Of a stretch of 64,000 nt of DNA, positions 19,252 to 29,146 are shown in pieces. Under the pieces are notes generated by a model, which worked only from the letters and a program-made list of their open reading frames with translations, did no database searches and was not told where the DNA came from. Positions within the stretch are counted from its first letter, which is position 1. Each line of letters starts with the position of its first letter. The translations under genes and the position numbers were made by a program. The DNA comes from an uncultured Porphyromonadaceae bacterium (GTDB taxonomy: Bacteria; Bacteroidota; Bacteroidia; Bacteroidales; Muribaculaceae), in NCBI GenBank assembly GCA_947575235.1, contig CANPMT010000001.1, forward strand, positions 70,990 to 134,989. Direction: 5' to 3'.

Positions 19252-21390
19252 ATGGAAAAAAACTATATCACAGTGGCGGAAAGACTCGGTCTTTCCGCCA
19301 CTTCTGTTAAAGCCACTGCCGAACTCCTCGCCGAAGGGGCCACAGTCCCCTTCATAAGCCGTTACCGCAAGGAGCGCACCGGCTCGCTCGATGAGGTGGC
19401 TATCCGCTCTATCGAGACAACTCTCCGACTCGTCACCGAACTGGAGGCCCGCAAGGCTTTCGTGACAGAGGCCATCGAGAACGCCGGGGCCATGAACCCT
19501 CAGCTCTTGAAACGGATCGGTGAGGCAGCCACGATGACAGAAATAGAGGATATCTATGCTCCCTTCAAACCGAAGAAACGCACCCGCGCCACAATAGCCC
19601 GTGAGAAGGGACTCGAACCCCTCGCCCGCATGATTATGTCGGGAAAGGTCGACAACTGCGACTCAACCGCCACCCGGTTTGCCGGAAAGAACGGCGTGGC
19701 CGACAGCAAGGAGGCCCTGGAGGGTGCCTCGGATATCATTGCAGAATGGGCTTCCGAATCAACACGCCTGCGCAACATAACCCGCAACACCTATCGCCGT
19801 ACATCGGCTATCGAATGTTCTCCGGTGAAAGGTAAGGAGAGTGAGCTGGAATCATCCTCCTTCGCCCAATATGGCGGTTTCTCACAGTCGGTGCGCCGTA
19901 TGTCATCACATCAGTATCTGGCATTGCGTCGTGCCGAACGCGAAGGACTTCTGAAAGTGAAATTCGCTCTTGACGACACAAAAGGACTGGATGAGGCACT
20001 GAGCCGCGCTTTCACACCGCAGCAGGCCTCAAAAGATGCCGCCAAAGTTATCGGTGCGGCTGTGGCAGATGCCTCGAAACGTCTGCTCCGACCCTCGGTA
20101 GAGAATGAGATTTCGGCCGACCTGAAAGAGGAGGCCGACCGTGTAGCCATAGATATCTTCGCTGATAATCTGCGCCAGCTTCTGCTCGCATCGCCGCTGA
20201 AAGGCCACCGTATACTCGCCCTCGACCCCGGATTCCGCACAGGTTGCAAAGTCGTGGCTCTCGATGCCCAGGGGAATCTTCTGGCCGACACGGTCATCTA
20301 TCCCGTCCCTCCGAAGGCCGACATCGAGGGTTCACGACGCACTGTGGAGCGCCTGCTGCGCACATATAACCTCGATGTCATAGCCCTCGGAAACGGCACC
20401 GCATCACGCGAGACTGAGAGCTTCCTGCGCCAGACAAAGGTTATCGACCCGAACAAGATCTTCATTGTGTCGGAAAACGGTGCGTCGGTCTATTCCGCCT
20501 CAGAGATTGCCCGGCAGGAGTTTCCCGACAAGGATGTGACGGTGCGCGGCGCCGTATCCATCGGACGCCGTCTCATAGACCCTCTCGCCGAATTGGTAAA
20601 GATCGATCCCAAATCAATCGGTGTCGGGCAGTATCAGCATGATGTCGACCAGCCACGGCTCAAGAACGCGCTCGACTATACAGTGATGAGTTGTGTGAAT
20701 GCTGTGGGCGTAGATGTCAACACAGCCTCCGAGAAGCTCCTCTCATACGTTTCCGGCATCGGGCCTGCATTGGCGGCCAATATCGTGGCCTACCGTGCCG
20801 CCAACGGCGACTTTGAGACGCGCCGTCAGCTGAAGAAGGTACCCCGCCTCGGCGACAAGGCGTTTGAATTGGCTGCCGGGTTCCTCCGTGTGCCGGGAGG
20901 TAAGGAGCCGCTCGACAACACCGGAATACATCCGGAGAGTTATCATATCGTCACTGAGATGGCACGTCGGCTCAACGTCACTCCGGCACAGCTACCGGCA
21001 AATGACGCGCTTCTCGACAAGATTGATGCCGGCGCGTTGGCAAAGGATGGCGTCGGAGGTCTGCAGACCATCACCGACATAATCGCCGAGCTGCGCAAAC
21101 CCGGACGCGACCCGCGCCTCGACGACAGCAGCGATGCCTTCGTGCCCGGAGTTGAATCGTTCGAGCAACTTACCGTGGGGCAGACTCTCCCCGGCGTGGT
21201 CAACAACATCACCGCTTTCGGAGCCTTCGTCGACCTCGGCATAAAGGAGAACGGCCTCCTCCACATCTCTCAGCTATCGCGCAAACGTGTCAATGCCGTA
21301 TCCGACGTTCTGAAATTAGGACAGAAGCTTCAGGTAAAGGTAATCGACATCGACCCGTCGCGCCGCCGCATCTCCCTCTCCCTCCTCTGA
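19252..21390 (+). CDS. tex: Tex-family RNA-binding transcriptional accessory protein
   Basis: TVPFISRYRKERTGSLDE, LDPGFRTGCK, GNGTASRET, GASVYSAS, IGVGQYQHDV, HhH motifs, C-terminal S1 domain. Confidence 0.95.
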   Translation: MEKNYITVAERLGLSATSVKATAELLAEGATVPFISRYRKERTGSLDEVAIRSIETTLRLVTELEARKAFVTEAIENAGAMNPQLLKRIGEAATMTEIEDIYAPFKPKKRTRATIAREKGLEPLARMIMSGKVDNCDSTATRFAGKNGVADSKEALEGASDIIAEWASESTRLRNITRNTYRRTSAIECSPVKGKESELESSSFAQYGGFSQSVRRMSSHQYLALRRAEREGLLKVKFALDDTKGLDEALSRAFTPQQASKDAAKVIGAAVADASKRLLRPSVENEISADLKEEADRVAIDIFADNLRQLLLASPLKGHRILALDPGFRTGCKVVALDAQGNLLADTVIYPVPPKADIEGSRRTVERLLRTYNLDVIALGNGTASRETESFLRQTKVIDPNKIFIVSENGASVYSASEIARQEFPDKDVTVRGAVSIGRRLIDPLAELVKIDPKSIGVGQYQHDVDQPRLKNALDYTVMSCVNAVGVDVNTASEKLLSYVSGIGPALAANIVAYRAANGDFETRRQLKKVPRLGDKAFELAAGFLRVPGGKEPLDNTGIHPESYHIVTEMARRLNVTPAQLPANDALLDKIDAGALAKDGVGGLQTITDIIAELRKPGRDPRLDDSSDAFVPGVESFEQLTVGQTLPGVVNNITAFGAFVDLGIKENGLLHISQLSRKRVNAVSDVLKLGQKLQVKVIDIDPSRRRISLSLL

Positions 21391-21424
21391 CAATTTTCCA
21401 CAATAGACTCTTTTGACTTCAAGG

Positions 21425-21468
21425 CAGTCCCGACTATAGCTTACACTATTTCAGCGGGACTGTTTTTT
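21425..21468 (+). terminator. Intrinsic terminator
   Basis: cagtcccg...cgggactg followed by tttttt. Confidence 0.7.
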
Positions 21469-21639
21469 AATTGAATTCCTTATACATTTAAGTCCTAATC
21501 ACACCCCGGACGACTCATTATTTTTTAAAATTAAAATCAACTGAGATAAGTATTTATCCAAAAATTATATATATCTTTGCCACCGATAGAGAATCCTCAG
21601 CTGTTCTCATTTATTACCTAACCATTTTATCCGCACATT

Positions 21640-22920
21640 ATGAAAAAATCTTTACTACGAAAAATGTCGGTGGCCGGGGTTGCATCAGTTGCCCTATTAT
21701 CCACACAAACCGCACAAGCCGACTGGGAGCAGGTTTACTCACTCCCGACCACCTATGCACATTTCATTACTTCCGAGGGGTTGCACCTTATGTCGGATTA
21801 CAGAGATAACCGCGACGGTGGAATATATTATTCAGACGACAGCGGCGCTACATGGACAAAGACAGCCGTGCGTGATTACTGGTTCAGCAATTTCTACGAA
21901 GCTGACGGATACCTCTTCGCCATAGGTGCCGGTTGCCGTATCGCCCGCAGTGAAGACGGAGGCCGCACTTGGGATCTTCTAAATTATTCAAAGACAGTCG
22001 AGGAATGGATTCCCAAAGGAGCCACAGAAGAATCTGTATGCTATGGCATAACTGTGCTTGACGGGGTGCTGTATGCCGCCGATTTCTCCGGAGGCGGCAT
22101 AATATCATCACCTGATTACGGCGAGACATGGGAGATGACCGACCGTGAATCTCTCTACATCTATCTCCAAGGTGACACCCAACCTTATATGGATAATTTC
22201 TACCATCTTGAGGCATATAAGGGGAAGGTATATGCTTTCGGAATGTATTCAATCCATTCATATTCACCCGATGAGAAGATATGGAAAGTCATCCCCATCA
22301 ACAGCAACTTCATGGGATCTGTCACAATTTTCAACGATAAGCTAATCTGTGCGAGGGCGGTGGCAAACGATGATATAAACGCCGACTATATGTTCTGTTG
22401 TGACGGTGAGACATGGAGTGTGCTCGACCGTCCTGACACCAAAGACAACAACGTGCGTTTCCTTTGGAGTGACGACAGATACATCTACTCCATGCATCAT
22501 GAAGGCCCCATGTATTACACTGATGACATGGGTGCCACATGGAATGTATCCTCCAACTTTCCCGGTGGCCTCTACCCTCTGACGATTGCCACAGATAATG
22601 ACTACGTCTATGCCGGTGTATACTCACCTATTCCTTCCGAGACACAAAGCGGCCTCTGGCGCATGTCAAAATCGGAATTGAAATCATCAGGGATTGACCT
22701 CACTGTTGCCGAAGGGCACACTACTCCCGCAATCACTGACGATCGTCTTATCTGTGGTGGACAAGCTTTGTCAGTGAACGTTTTCTCAACAGATGGCCAA
22801 CTCATCGTCTCGGCAAATAATGTGGCCGAAATTGATTTGTCTGAACTTCACAAGGGGATATATATCTATAATGTGAACTATAGCTCACACTCAATCAGCG
22901 GTAAATTCGTAAGACAATGA
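21640..22920 (+). CDS. BNR/Asp-box beta-propeller protein with T9SS C-terminal domain
   Basis: Signal peptide; Asp-boxes SDDSGATW, SEDGGRTW, SPDYGETW, TDDMGATW; CTD-like VFSTDG...LHKGIYIY...KFVRQ; -7 box at 21572-21579. Confidence 0.8.
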   Translation: MKKSLLRKMSVAGVASVALLSTQTAQADWEQVYSLPTTYAHFITSEGLHLMSDYRDNRDGGIYYSDDSGATWTKTAVRDYWFSNFYEADGYLFAIGAGCRIARSEDGGRTWDLLNYSKTVEEWIPKGATEESVCYGITVLDGVLYAADFSGGGIISSPDYGETWEMTDRESLYIYLQGDTQPYMDNFYHLEAYKGKVYAFGMYSIHSYSPDEKIWKVIPINSNFMGSVTIFNDKLICARAVANDDINADYMFCCDGETWSVLDRPDTKDNNVRFLWSDDRYIYSMHHEGPMYYTDDMGATWNVSSNFPGGLYPLTIATDNDYVYAGVYSPIPSETQSGLWRMSKSELKSSGIDLTVAEGHTTPAITDDRLICGGQALSVNVFSTDGQLIVSANNVAEIDLSELHKGIYIYNVNYSSHSISGKFVRQ

Positions 22921-24797
22921 AACTCCTGTCCCTTATATTGTCAGCCGCCGGCCTGACATATGGAATATTGCCTTCCGCTGCCTTGTCTCCCTCTGCCAAA
23001 ACCTACTTCAACTGTGGTTTCGAAGAGGGCATTCCGGAAGACTTCACATTTCATGATGTAGACTCACGTGAATTGCATTTCACAATGGTGCAACTCGGAT
23101 TCAACCAGACTGATTCCTGGACTCTGCTCCGCGAGGAGGGCACCGAGAATCACTACATGGCCTCGGCCTCACGTTTCAAGACTACGAAAGGGGAGACTCC
23201 ATCTCCTGCCCAGGACTGGATGATTACCCCTCCCATATGGATACGCGATGCCGACGCCACTATGTCCTGGCGCGGAATGTCGGTCAACGACCGCAGCTCG
23301 GCCACCTCCTCATACAAGATATGCGTATCAACCAAAGGCGCAGGGACTGAAGACTTCATTTCTGACCCTGTGGCGGTTTTAGACAGTGAGGAAATCGGAC
23401 TATGGACTAACCACGAGATCAGTCTCGGCCAGTTTGTGGGTGAAAGGATTTACATAGCTTTTGTCAATACATCCACCGACAGCGATGTGCTCGCAATCGA
23501 TGATATAACTGTCAAAGGAAGTGCGGGATTGGCTGACCTTGAGATTATACCCGGGGAATACACCCTTGGATCGGAAGAGATTGCTCTCGGAGGCAGACTC
23601 ACCGCCACATCTGCCGAAATTGTCAATACCCTTTCCATCACTTTCGATGTGGCAGGAGAGAAATACCATGCCGATTACTCCTCTCTGAATCTTTCGGAAG
23701 GTGACTCTTTCGAGTTTGAACTGCCTGAAAAGATATCGGCAGACTATGGCGAGACTATAAGCTATTCAGTAAGTTCCGAGGTAAACGGCGTCAAATTTGA
23801 CGACATGCACCTCAACACAACTCTCCTGGCTTTCATGCCTACAAAGAGAGTCGTTGTGGAGGAGGCCACCGGAATGTGGTGCGGCTATTGTCCGGAGGGA
23901 ATCGCTGCAATGGAGATCATACAACAGCGCCATCCCGACACGTTCATCGGCATTGCCGTGCATGTAGAGGATCCTCTCACCGTCACCGGATATGGCGACT
24001 CCATGTCTTTCCCGTCAGGTGCCCCGACGGCATGGGTCGACCGTAAAGATTATTGCGACCAGCCTCTCACACCTGTCACCGATGCCGGGAAGCACACCTA
24101 CACAACGTTGAAAGGGGGTCTGGAATCCATGTTCCTTGACCGTATGTCGCAGCAGACGTTTGCCGATGTCGAAGTGAAGTCTTTATTTGATCAGGCCGAC
24201 CGGTCGCTCAAAATTGATGTCACAAGCAGTTTCGCCATGAAATTTACCGACCAAGACTTCCGCATAGCTCTTCTTCTTACCGAAGACAAGGTGTGGAAAC
24301 CGGGGTATTATCAGACCAACTACCATAGTGGCCGCGATGAGAATCTGTTCGGATTCGAAGCACTCCCCTCAATGATTGTCTCCGATTTTGAGTTCAATCA
24401 TGTGGCACGTGGTGTGTATGAAAGTTTCCAGGGCATAAAAGGCTCCCTCCCCTCTGATATTGACCCGGGGAAAGACTATTCTTATTCCATTGAATGGGTA
24501 CTTCCTCAAGATGTTGATCCCATTAATGCCAAAGCAGTGGCAATGGTGGTTGACGCCCGCAACGGAGAAGTGCTTAATGCAAACACTGTATCGCTGGTAA
24601 ATTCCGGTGTAGACCCAGCACTACAAGACTCTGAATACGCGAATATCACAGTATATGATATGGCCGGAACCATGGTGATGAAAACAAAAGGAAGTGTAAA
24701 CTCTCTCTTCTCAACCCTTTCCGGTGGACTGTATGTCGTGAGGATTGTGACAAACGAAGATATAGTGACAAGAAAGATAACCATACCGTCCAGATAA
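22917..24797 (+). CDS. Omp28-related thioredoxin-fold protein with cleaved-adhesin-like N-domain and T9SS CTD
   Basis: FEEGIP..DWMITP..IYIAF..IDDITV adhesin-like domain; VVEEATGMWCGYCP; FNHVAR; CTD VYDMAG..GLYVV..RKITI; ATGA overlap with the previous gene. Confidence 0.82.
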   Translation: MKLLSLILSAAGLTYGILPSAALSPSAKTYFNCGFEEGIPEDFTFHDVDSRELHFTMVQLGFNQTDSWTLLREEGTENHYMASASRFKTTKGETPSPAQDWMITPPIWIRDADATMSWRGMSVNDRSSATSSYKICVSTKGAGTEDFISDPVAVLDSEEIGLWTNHEISLGQFVGERIYIAFVNTSTDSDVLAIDDITVKGSAGLADLEIIPGEYTLGSEEIALGGRLTATSAEIVNTLSITFDVAGEKYHADYSSLNLSEGDSFEFELPEKISADYGETISYSVSSEVNGVKFDDMHLNTTLLAFMPTKRVVVEEATGMWCGYCPEGIAAMEIIQQRHPDTFIGIAVHVEDPLTVTGYGDSMSFPSGAPTAWVDRKDYCDQPLTPVTDAGKHTYTTLKGGLESMFLDRMSQQTFADVEVKSLFDQADRSLKIDVTSSFAMKFTDQDFRIALLLTEDKVWKPGYYQTNYHSGRDENLFGFEALPSMIVSDFEFNHVARGVYESFQGIKGSLPSDIDPGKDYSYSIEWVLPQDVDPINAKAVAMVVDARNGEVLNANTVSLVNSGVDPALQDSEYANITVYDMAGTMVMKTKGSVNSLFSTLSGGLYVVRIVTNEDIVTRKITIPSR

Positions 24798-24802
24798 GAC
24801 TA

Positions 24803-24857
24803 ATATGATAAAATAAATCCTTAAACTACAAGAGTTTAAGGATTTATTTTATCATAT
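24803..24857. terminator. Perfect 25-bp inverted repeat, probable bidirectional terminator
   Basis: atatgataaaataaatccttaaact-acaag-agtttaaggatttattttatcatat between convergent genes. Confidence 0.75.
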
Positions 24858-24869
24858 ATTCAGACTACA

Positions 24870-25613
24870 TCAGAATATCACTTTACATGTTGATACAGAG
24901 CCGTCGGTATAACTGATACGCTTCACATAAATACCCTCCGAGGGAGAATCCACCTGCTTGCCCGAGAGGGTATAGTAGCTAATCTGATCCACGTTCCTGA
25001 CAGCCTCCTTCACACTTTCCACACCCGAACCGGTATCCGGGACAAACTGCATCTTGTTCTCCATCACACAATACCAGCTCATGTCAGGACTCTTCATCAA
25101 AGCTATCCCATATCCCTCCTCAAGAGCATCAAGGGTGATCGTATCCTCATTGTCTATCGAGAATGTAATTGTCTGTTCGCCATCATCCGACACCATGGTG
25201 AAGTTGCCATTCTGCTCAACCTCCTTGGCAAGATTCACATCAATCTCAAGGATAAATCCCCATGAATCACTGTATGACACGACCTGCGGCAATGTCACTG
25301 TAATCTTGTCACCGCTCCGGATTCCTTTCACATATGAAAGCATAGGCATCTTTGAGAGAAGATCCAGAAAATACACTTCGTTGTCGTCGCCAAACACTAT
25401 CTTGGCAGCAGTCTTCTCGTTCTCATACCAGTCAAGCTGGAACATCTCCATACATCCGCTCCATGTCTTTGAGTACTCTACCACATTGCCATCCACAGAA
25501 GTTATCACATCGTCGGCAGAAGTGCGTGTGCTGGCGGCCACTGCACGGGGAACTGAGAATCCACTTAGGGAAACAATAGCCATGACGGCCCAGGGAGTAA
25601 AACGTTGTCTCAT
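24870..25613 (-). CDS. Secreted hypothetical protein with T9SS-type C-terminal domain
   Basis: Signal peptide; SGVESV...YYTLSGKQVDSPSEGIYVKR...KVIF tail. Confidence 0.75.
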   Translation of the reverse strand: MRQRFTPWAVMAIVSLSGFSVPRAVAASTRTSADDVITSVDGNVVEYSKTWSGCMEMFQLDWYENEKTAAKIVFGDDNEVYFLDLLSKMPMLSYVKGIRSGDKITVTLPQVVSYSDSWGFILEIDVNLAKEVEQNGNFTMVSDDGEQTITFSIDNEDTITLDALEEGYGIALMKSPDMSWYCVMENKMQFVPDTGSGVESVKEAVRNVDQISYYTLSGKQVDSPSEGIYVKRISYTDGSVSTCKVIF

Positions 25614-25827
25614 AGGCTTGAGTTTTATAGTTAACGTTTACAAAAATATAGCTAATAATTTACATATGCAAATTATTAATCCAAATTTTCTTCATAATCA
25701 TCTTTCTTAACTACAATAAACAGGTACCTCCCATAATCTCATCTCTGACGATTACTATAATTAAAATTTGCTTTTGCCAAAGTTAAAAAGTAAATTTGCA
25801 ACCATAACACACTTAACCTTTATTGAC

Positions 25828-26577
25828 ATGAAGAAAATAGCTTTGGTAACCGGTGCCACCAGCGGTATTGGAGAAGCAATTTGTCGTACATTCATCGGAG
25901 CCGGATTTCACGTGATAGCCACCGGACGCAACCGCGACCGCCTCAACAATCTTAAATCCGAATTCGCCGACGCCATACTCACGCTCTGCTATGATGTCCG
26001 GGATGTAGAGGCAACAAAAAGCACAATCGATTCAATACCTGAAAATTGGCAGGCAATCGATGTTCTGGTCAACAATGCCGGATTGGCATTGGGACTTGAG
26101 CCCGAATATGAGGGTAGCTTCGATGATTGGTTCACTATGATTGACACCAACATCAAAGGTTTGTTGACAATGACCCGTTACATTGTGCCGGGAATGATAG
26201 AACGCAATCACGGACATATCATCAACATCGGCTCGATAGCAGGTGATGCGGCGTACGCCAACGGTGCCGTATACTGCGCCACAAAAGCTGCTGTAAAGAC
26301 CCTTACCGATGGTCTGAGAATAGATGTCGCCCATACCCCCCTTCGCGTCACGTTGTTGAAACCGGGGCTTGTGGAGACCAACTTCAGCAATGTCCGCTTC
26401 CATGGCGACAATGAACGTGCCGATAATGTTTATAAAGGCATCACGCCCCTGACAGCTGAAGACATCGCCTCAGCTGCCCTATACGCAGTCCAGGCACCCG
26501 AACATGTCCAGATAGCCGAGATGCTTATCCTCGCCACCCATCAGGCAAACGGCAGCATAATCGTCCGCAACCGGTAA
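25828..26577 (+). CDS. SDR oxidoreductase, YdfG-like
   Basis: TGATSGIG, NNAGLALG, YCATK, PGLVETNFSNVRF; ATG 25828 preferred; TAAATTTG box at 25791. Confidence 0.9.
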   Translation: MKKIALVTGATSGIGEAICRTFIGAGFHVIATGRNRDRLNNLKSEFADAILTLCYDVRDVEATKSTIDSIPENWQAIDVLVNNAGLALGLEPEYEGSFDDWFTMIDTNIKGLLTMTRYIVPGMIERNHGHIINIGSIAGDAAYANGAVYCATKAAVKTLTDGLRIDVAHTPLRVTLLKPGLVETNFSNVRFHGDNERADNVYKGITPLTAEDIASAALYAVQAPEHVQIAEMLILATHQANGSIIVRNR

Positions 26578-26603
26578 TCAGCCGAGCGTCTTCACTCTTT
26601 CAA

Positions 26604-27392
26604 TCAATCGAGCGTCTGCACCCCGCCTCCGTTCACCATCAGTGTCTGGCCGCTTATCCATGCTGAGACCGGAGCCGCAAAGAAGAGGATGGCTCCGGCA
26701 ATATCCGACACTTTACCCAAACGGTGAATCGGTGTGCGGGCGAGCATACGCGCCTCTATCTCGGGAGTCAGCACCGTGGCCAAGGCTGCTGTATGCGTCG
26801 CTCCCGGACCGACACAATTTATACGTATCCCCATCGGACCGTAATCGTGCGCCAGGTTTGCCGACATATGGTTGAGCGCCGCTTTCGATGATCCGTAGAT
26901 TGCCATATTGGGGTCAGCGTTGATACTGCTCATCGACGTCACATTCACAATCGACCCGTATCCTGATTGCTTCATGTGCGGAGCTGCTAACAGCGCCAGC
27001 CGCCATGGAGCAATCACATTTATTGAATAGATTCTCTCCACGTATTGGCGGTCAATCTTATAGGGGTTCTCACGTCCGCCACCTCCAAGGCCGGCATTAT
27101 TTACCAGTACGTTGACAGTGCCGAAAGTCTCGACGGCAAAATCAATCAAGCGTTCAAGGTCATCATCATCCAGCACATTGCATACAATCGAGGCAGCTTT
27201 CCCTCCGGAGGCATTGATTCCGTCAGCCACTGCGGCAGCCTTCTCCCCGTTGATATCACTCACGATAACAGAGGCTCCTGCTGAAGCCAAAATCTCACAC
27301 GCACCCTTACCGATGCCATCGCCACCACCTGTGACGACAGCCACCTTACCGGTCAGGTCAAACAACTTGTCAACGTCAATCAACTTATCCAT
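26604..27392 (-). CDS. hdhA: 7-alpha-hydroxysteroid dehydrogenase-like SDR
   Basis: ASAGASVIVSDIN, NNAG.GGG, TSM, YGSSKAA, LTPEIEARMLARTPIHRLG, SAWISGQ..GGGVQTLD closely parallel E. coli HdhA as I recall it; ATG 27392 preferred to 27467. Confidence 0.78.
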   Translation of the reverse strand: MDKLIDVDKLFDLTGKVAVVTGGGDGIGKGACEILASAGASVIVSDINGEKAAAVADGINASGGKAASIVCNVLDDDDLERLIDFAVETFGTVNVLVNNAGLGGGGRENPYKIDRQYVERIYSINVIAPWRLALLAAPHMKQSGYGSIVNVTSMSSINADPNMAIYGSSKAALNHMSANLAHDYGPMGIRINCVGPGATHTAALATVLTPEIEARMLARTPIHRLGKVSDIAGAILFFAAPVSAWISGQTLMVNGGGVQTLD

Positions 27393-27532
27393 AGCACTTA
27401 AAATTCGTTTTGTCGGTAAATCACCTTCTATTACAACACCATCGGCAACTTGCTGGTTCAATGGCATTTTTTTATCCCTCAGATACTTGACAATCCAATT
27501 AAAAACATTATCTTTGCAAAAAACAATGGCTT

Positions 27533-29089
27533 ATGGAAGCAGGAAAAGTGAAATACCCGATCGGTGACCAGAATTTCAAATCAATCCGGGAAAATGGTTT
27601 TATATACGTGGATAAAACCCGATTCATCACCAAGATACTTGAGGGCAACAAGTATCTCTTCCTTGCACGCCCACGACGTTTCGGCAAAAGTCTTTTCCTG
27701 TCAATGCTCCGCTATTTCTTTGAAGGTGAACGCAAACTCTTCAAGGGTCTGCACATTGACTCCACAGATTGGGACTGGGAGCCATATCCAGTGTTACATC
27801 TTGATCTGAACACTGACAAATATGCAGAGCCTGGTATTTTGGATGGCGTTATGGACAATCTTTTCAGATCCTGGGAGGAAAAATATGAAGTGGTCGTGAG
27901 AGACACTGAATTTTCTCAGAGATTCAAGACCATTATCGAGAGAGCCCATGAAAAAACCGGCAAGCAAGTAGTTATTCTCGTGGATGAATACGACAAACCA
28001 TTGGTAGGGAATCTCCATAACGACGAGAATTTCCAGCACTATCGCATGAAATTAGCGAGCCTTTATTCCAACTTCAAAAGTTCTGCCGAGCATATCCGCC
28101 TCGTCTTGCTTACAGGTGTGAGCCGCTTCAGCAAACTCAGCGTCTTCTCCGACCTCAACAACCTCAAAGATATCACCTTCAGTGAAGATTTCGCCGATAT
28201 ATGCGGAATCTCGGAAAAAGAATTGCTCGAGAATTTCCAGACAGGAATCATGCAGTTAGCTGATAAAAGGAGAGTTTCATACGAGGAAGCCTGCCGGATA
28301 ATGAAGCATAACTATGACGGCTATCGCTTCACTCCCGAGGGGAGCGACATCTACAATCCCTGGTCTGTATTGAATGCCCTCTCAGATTTGAGGATAGGAA
28401 GCTATTGGAACGCAACCGGAGCCACTTCCATTGTGGCAGAAGCCCTTCATGGAGCTGACGTAGATATCGAGTCAACTCTCAATGCCAGCTGGAATCTTGA
28501 TGACCTTGCAGGTCTTGACCTAATGAATGCCGATCCGACAGCGTTGCTCTATCAGACGGGATATCTCACCATCGGCGATTATGACTTTGATACGGATACC
28601 GTACGTCTAAAAGTTCCCAATGAAGAGGTTAAGAAAGGTCTGTTCAACGACCTTTTGAAGTGCTATGTAAAAGTGAAACATGGCACCCTTAAGAATCTTC
28701 TTGACGGAATCAACGAGGGCATTAAATCAGGTGAGCCGGATAAGTTCATGAAGTATCTCGATGCCTATTTCTCAAGTGTTCCCTATGACATGAAGATGGA
28801 CAACGAGAACAATTTCCATAATGCTTTCTATATCCTGACTACACTGCTGGGCATTGACACCAAAGCCGAAGCACACACTTCTGACGGAAGAATTGACATT
28901 CTCATTGAGACTCCGAAATACATTTATATCGTCGAATTGAAATACGACTCCACTCCAGAGGAAGCACTACGGCAGATTGAGGATAAGGAATACGCACGTC
29001 AATTCTCTACCGATAACCGTCAAATCTTCCGGATCGGAGTCAACTTCTCCTCAAAGACCCGTCGCATAGATTCCTGGGCTATTTCCTAA
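27533..29089 (+). CDS. AAA-ATPase-like protein with C-terminal PD-(D/E)XK nuclease domain
   Basis: YPIG.QNF, YVDKT, RPRRFGKS, LVDEYDKP, YDGYRF, GRIDILI..IVELK..ALRQI; -7 box at 27509-27516. Confidence 0.92.
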   Translation: MEAGKVKYPIGDQNFKSIRENGFIYVDKTRFITKILEGNKYLFLARPRRFGKSLFLSMLRYFFEGERKLFKGLHIDSTDWDWEPYPVLHLDLNTDKYAEPGILDGVMDNLFRSWEEKYEVVVRDTEFSQRFKTIIERAHEKTGKQVVILVDEYDKPLVGNLHNDENFQHYRMKLASLYSNFKSSAEHIRLVLLTGVSRFSKLSVFSDLNNLKDITFSEDFADICGISEKELLENFQTGIMQLADKRRVSYEEACRIMKHNYDGYRFTPEGSDIYNPWSVLNALSDLRIGSYWNATGATSIVAEALHGADVDIESTLNASWNLDDLAGLDLMNADPTALLYQTGYLTIGDYDFDTDTVRLKVPNEEVKKGLFNDLLKCYVKVKHGTLKNLLDGINEGIKSGEPDKFMKYLDAYFSSVPYDMKMDNENNFHNAFYILTTLLGIDTKAEAHTSDGRIDILIETPKYIYIVELKYDSTPEEALRQIEDKEYARQFSTDNRQIFRIGVNFSSKTRRIDSWAIS

Positions 29090-29146
29090 CCACAATATAT
29101 CTTCACAAAATAAAAAAACCGTGCAGACTTCGATAAAGAAACCATC

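Noticed and set aside
25054-25710. 218-aa plus-strand ORF
   Set aside because: Antisense to the CTD-bearing gene, which has a signal peptide and sorting tail.
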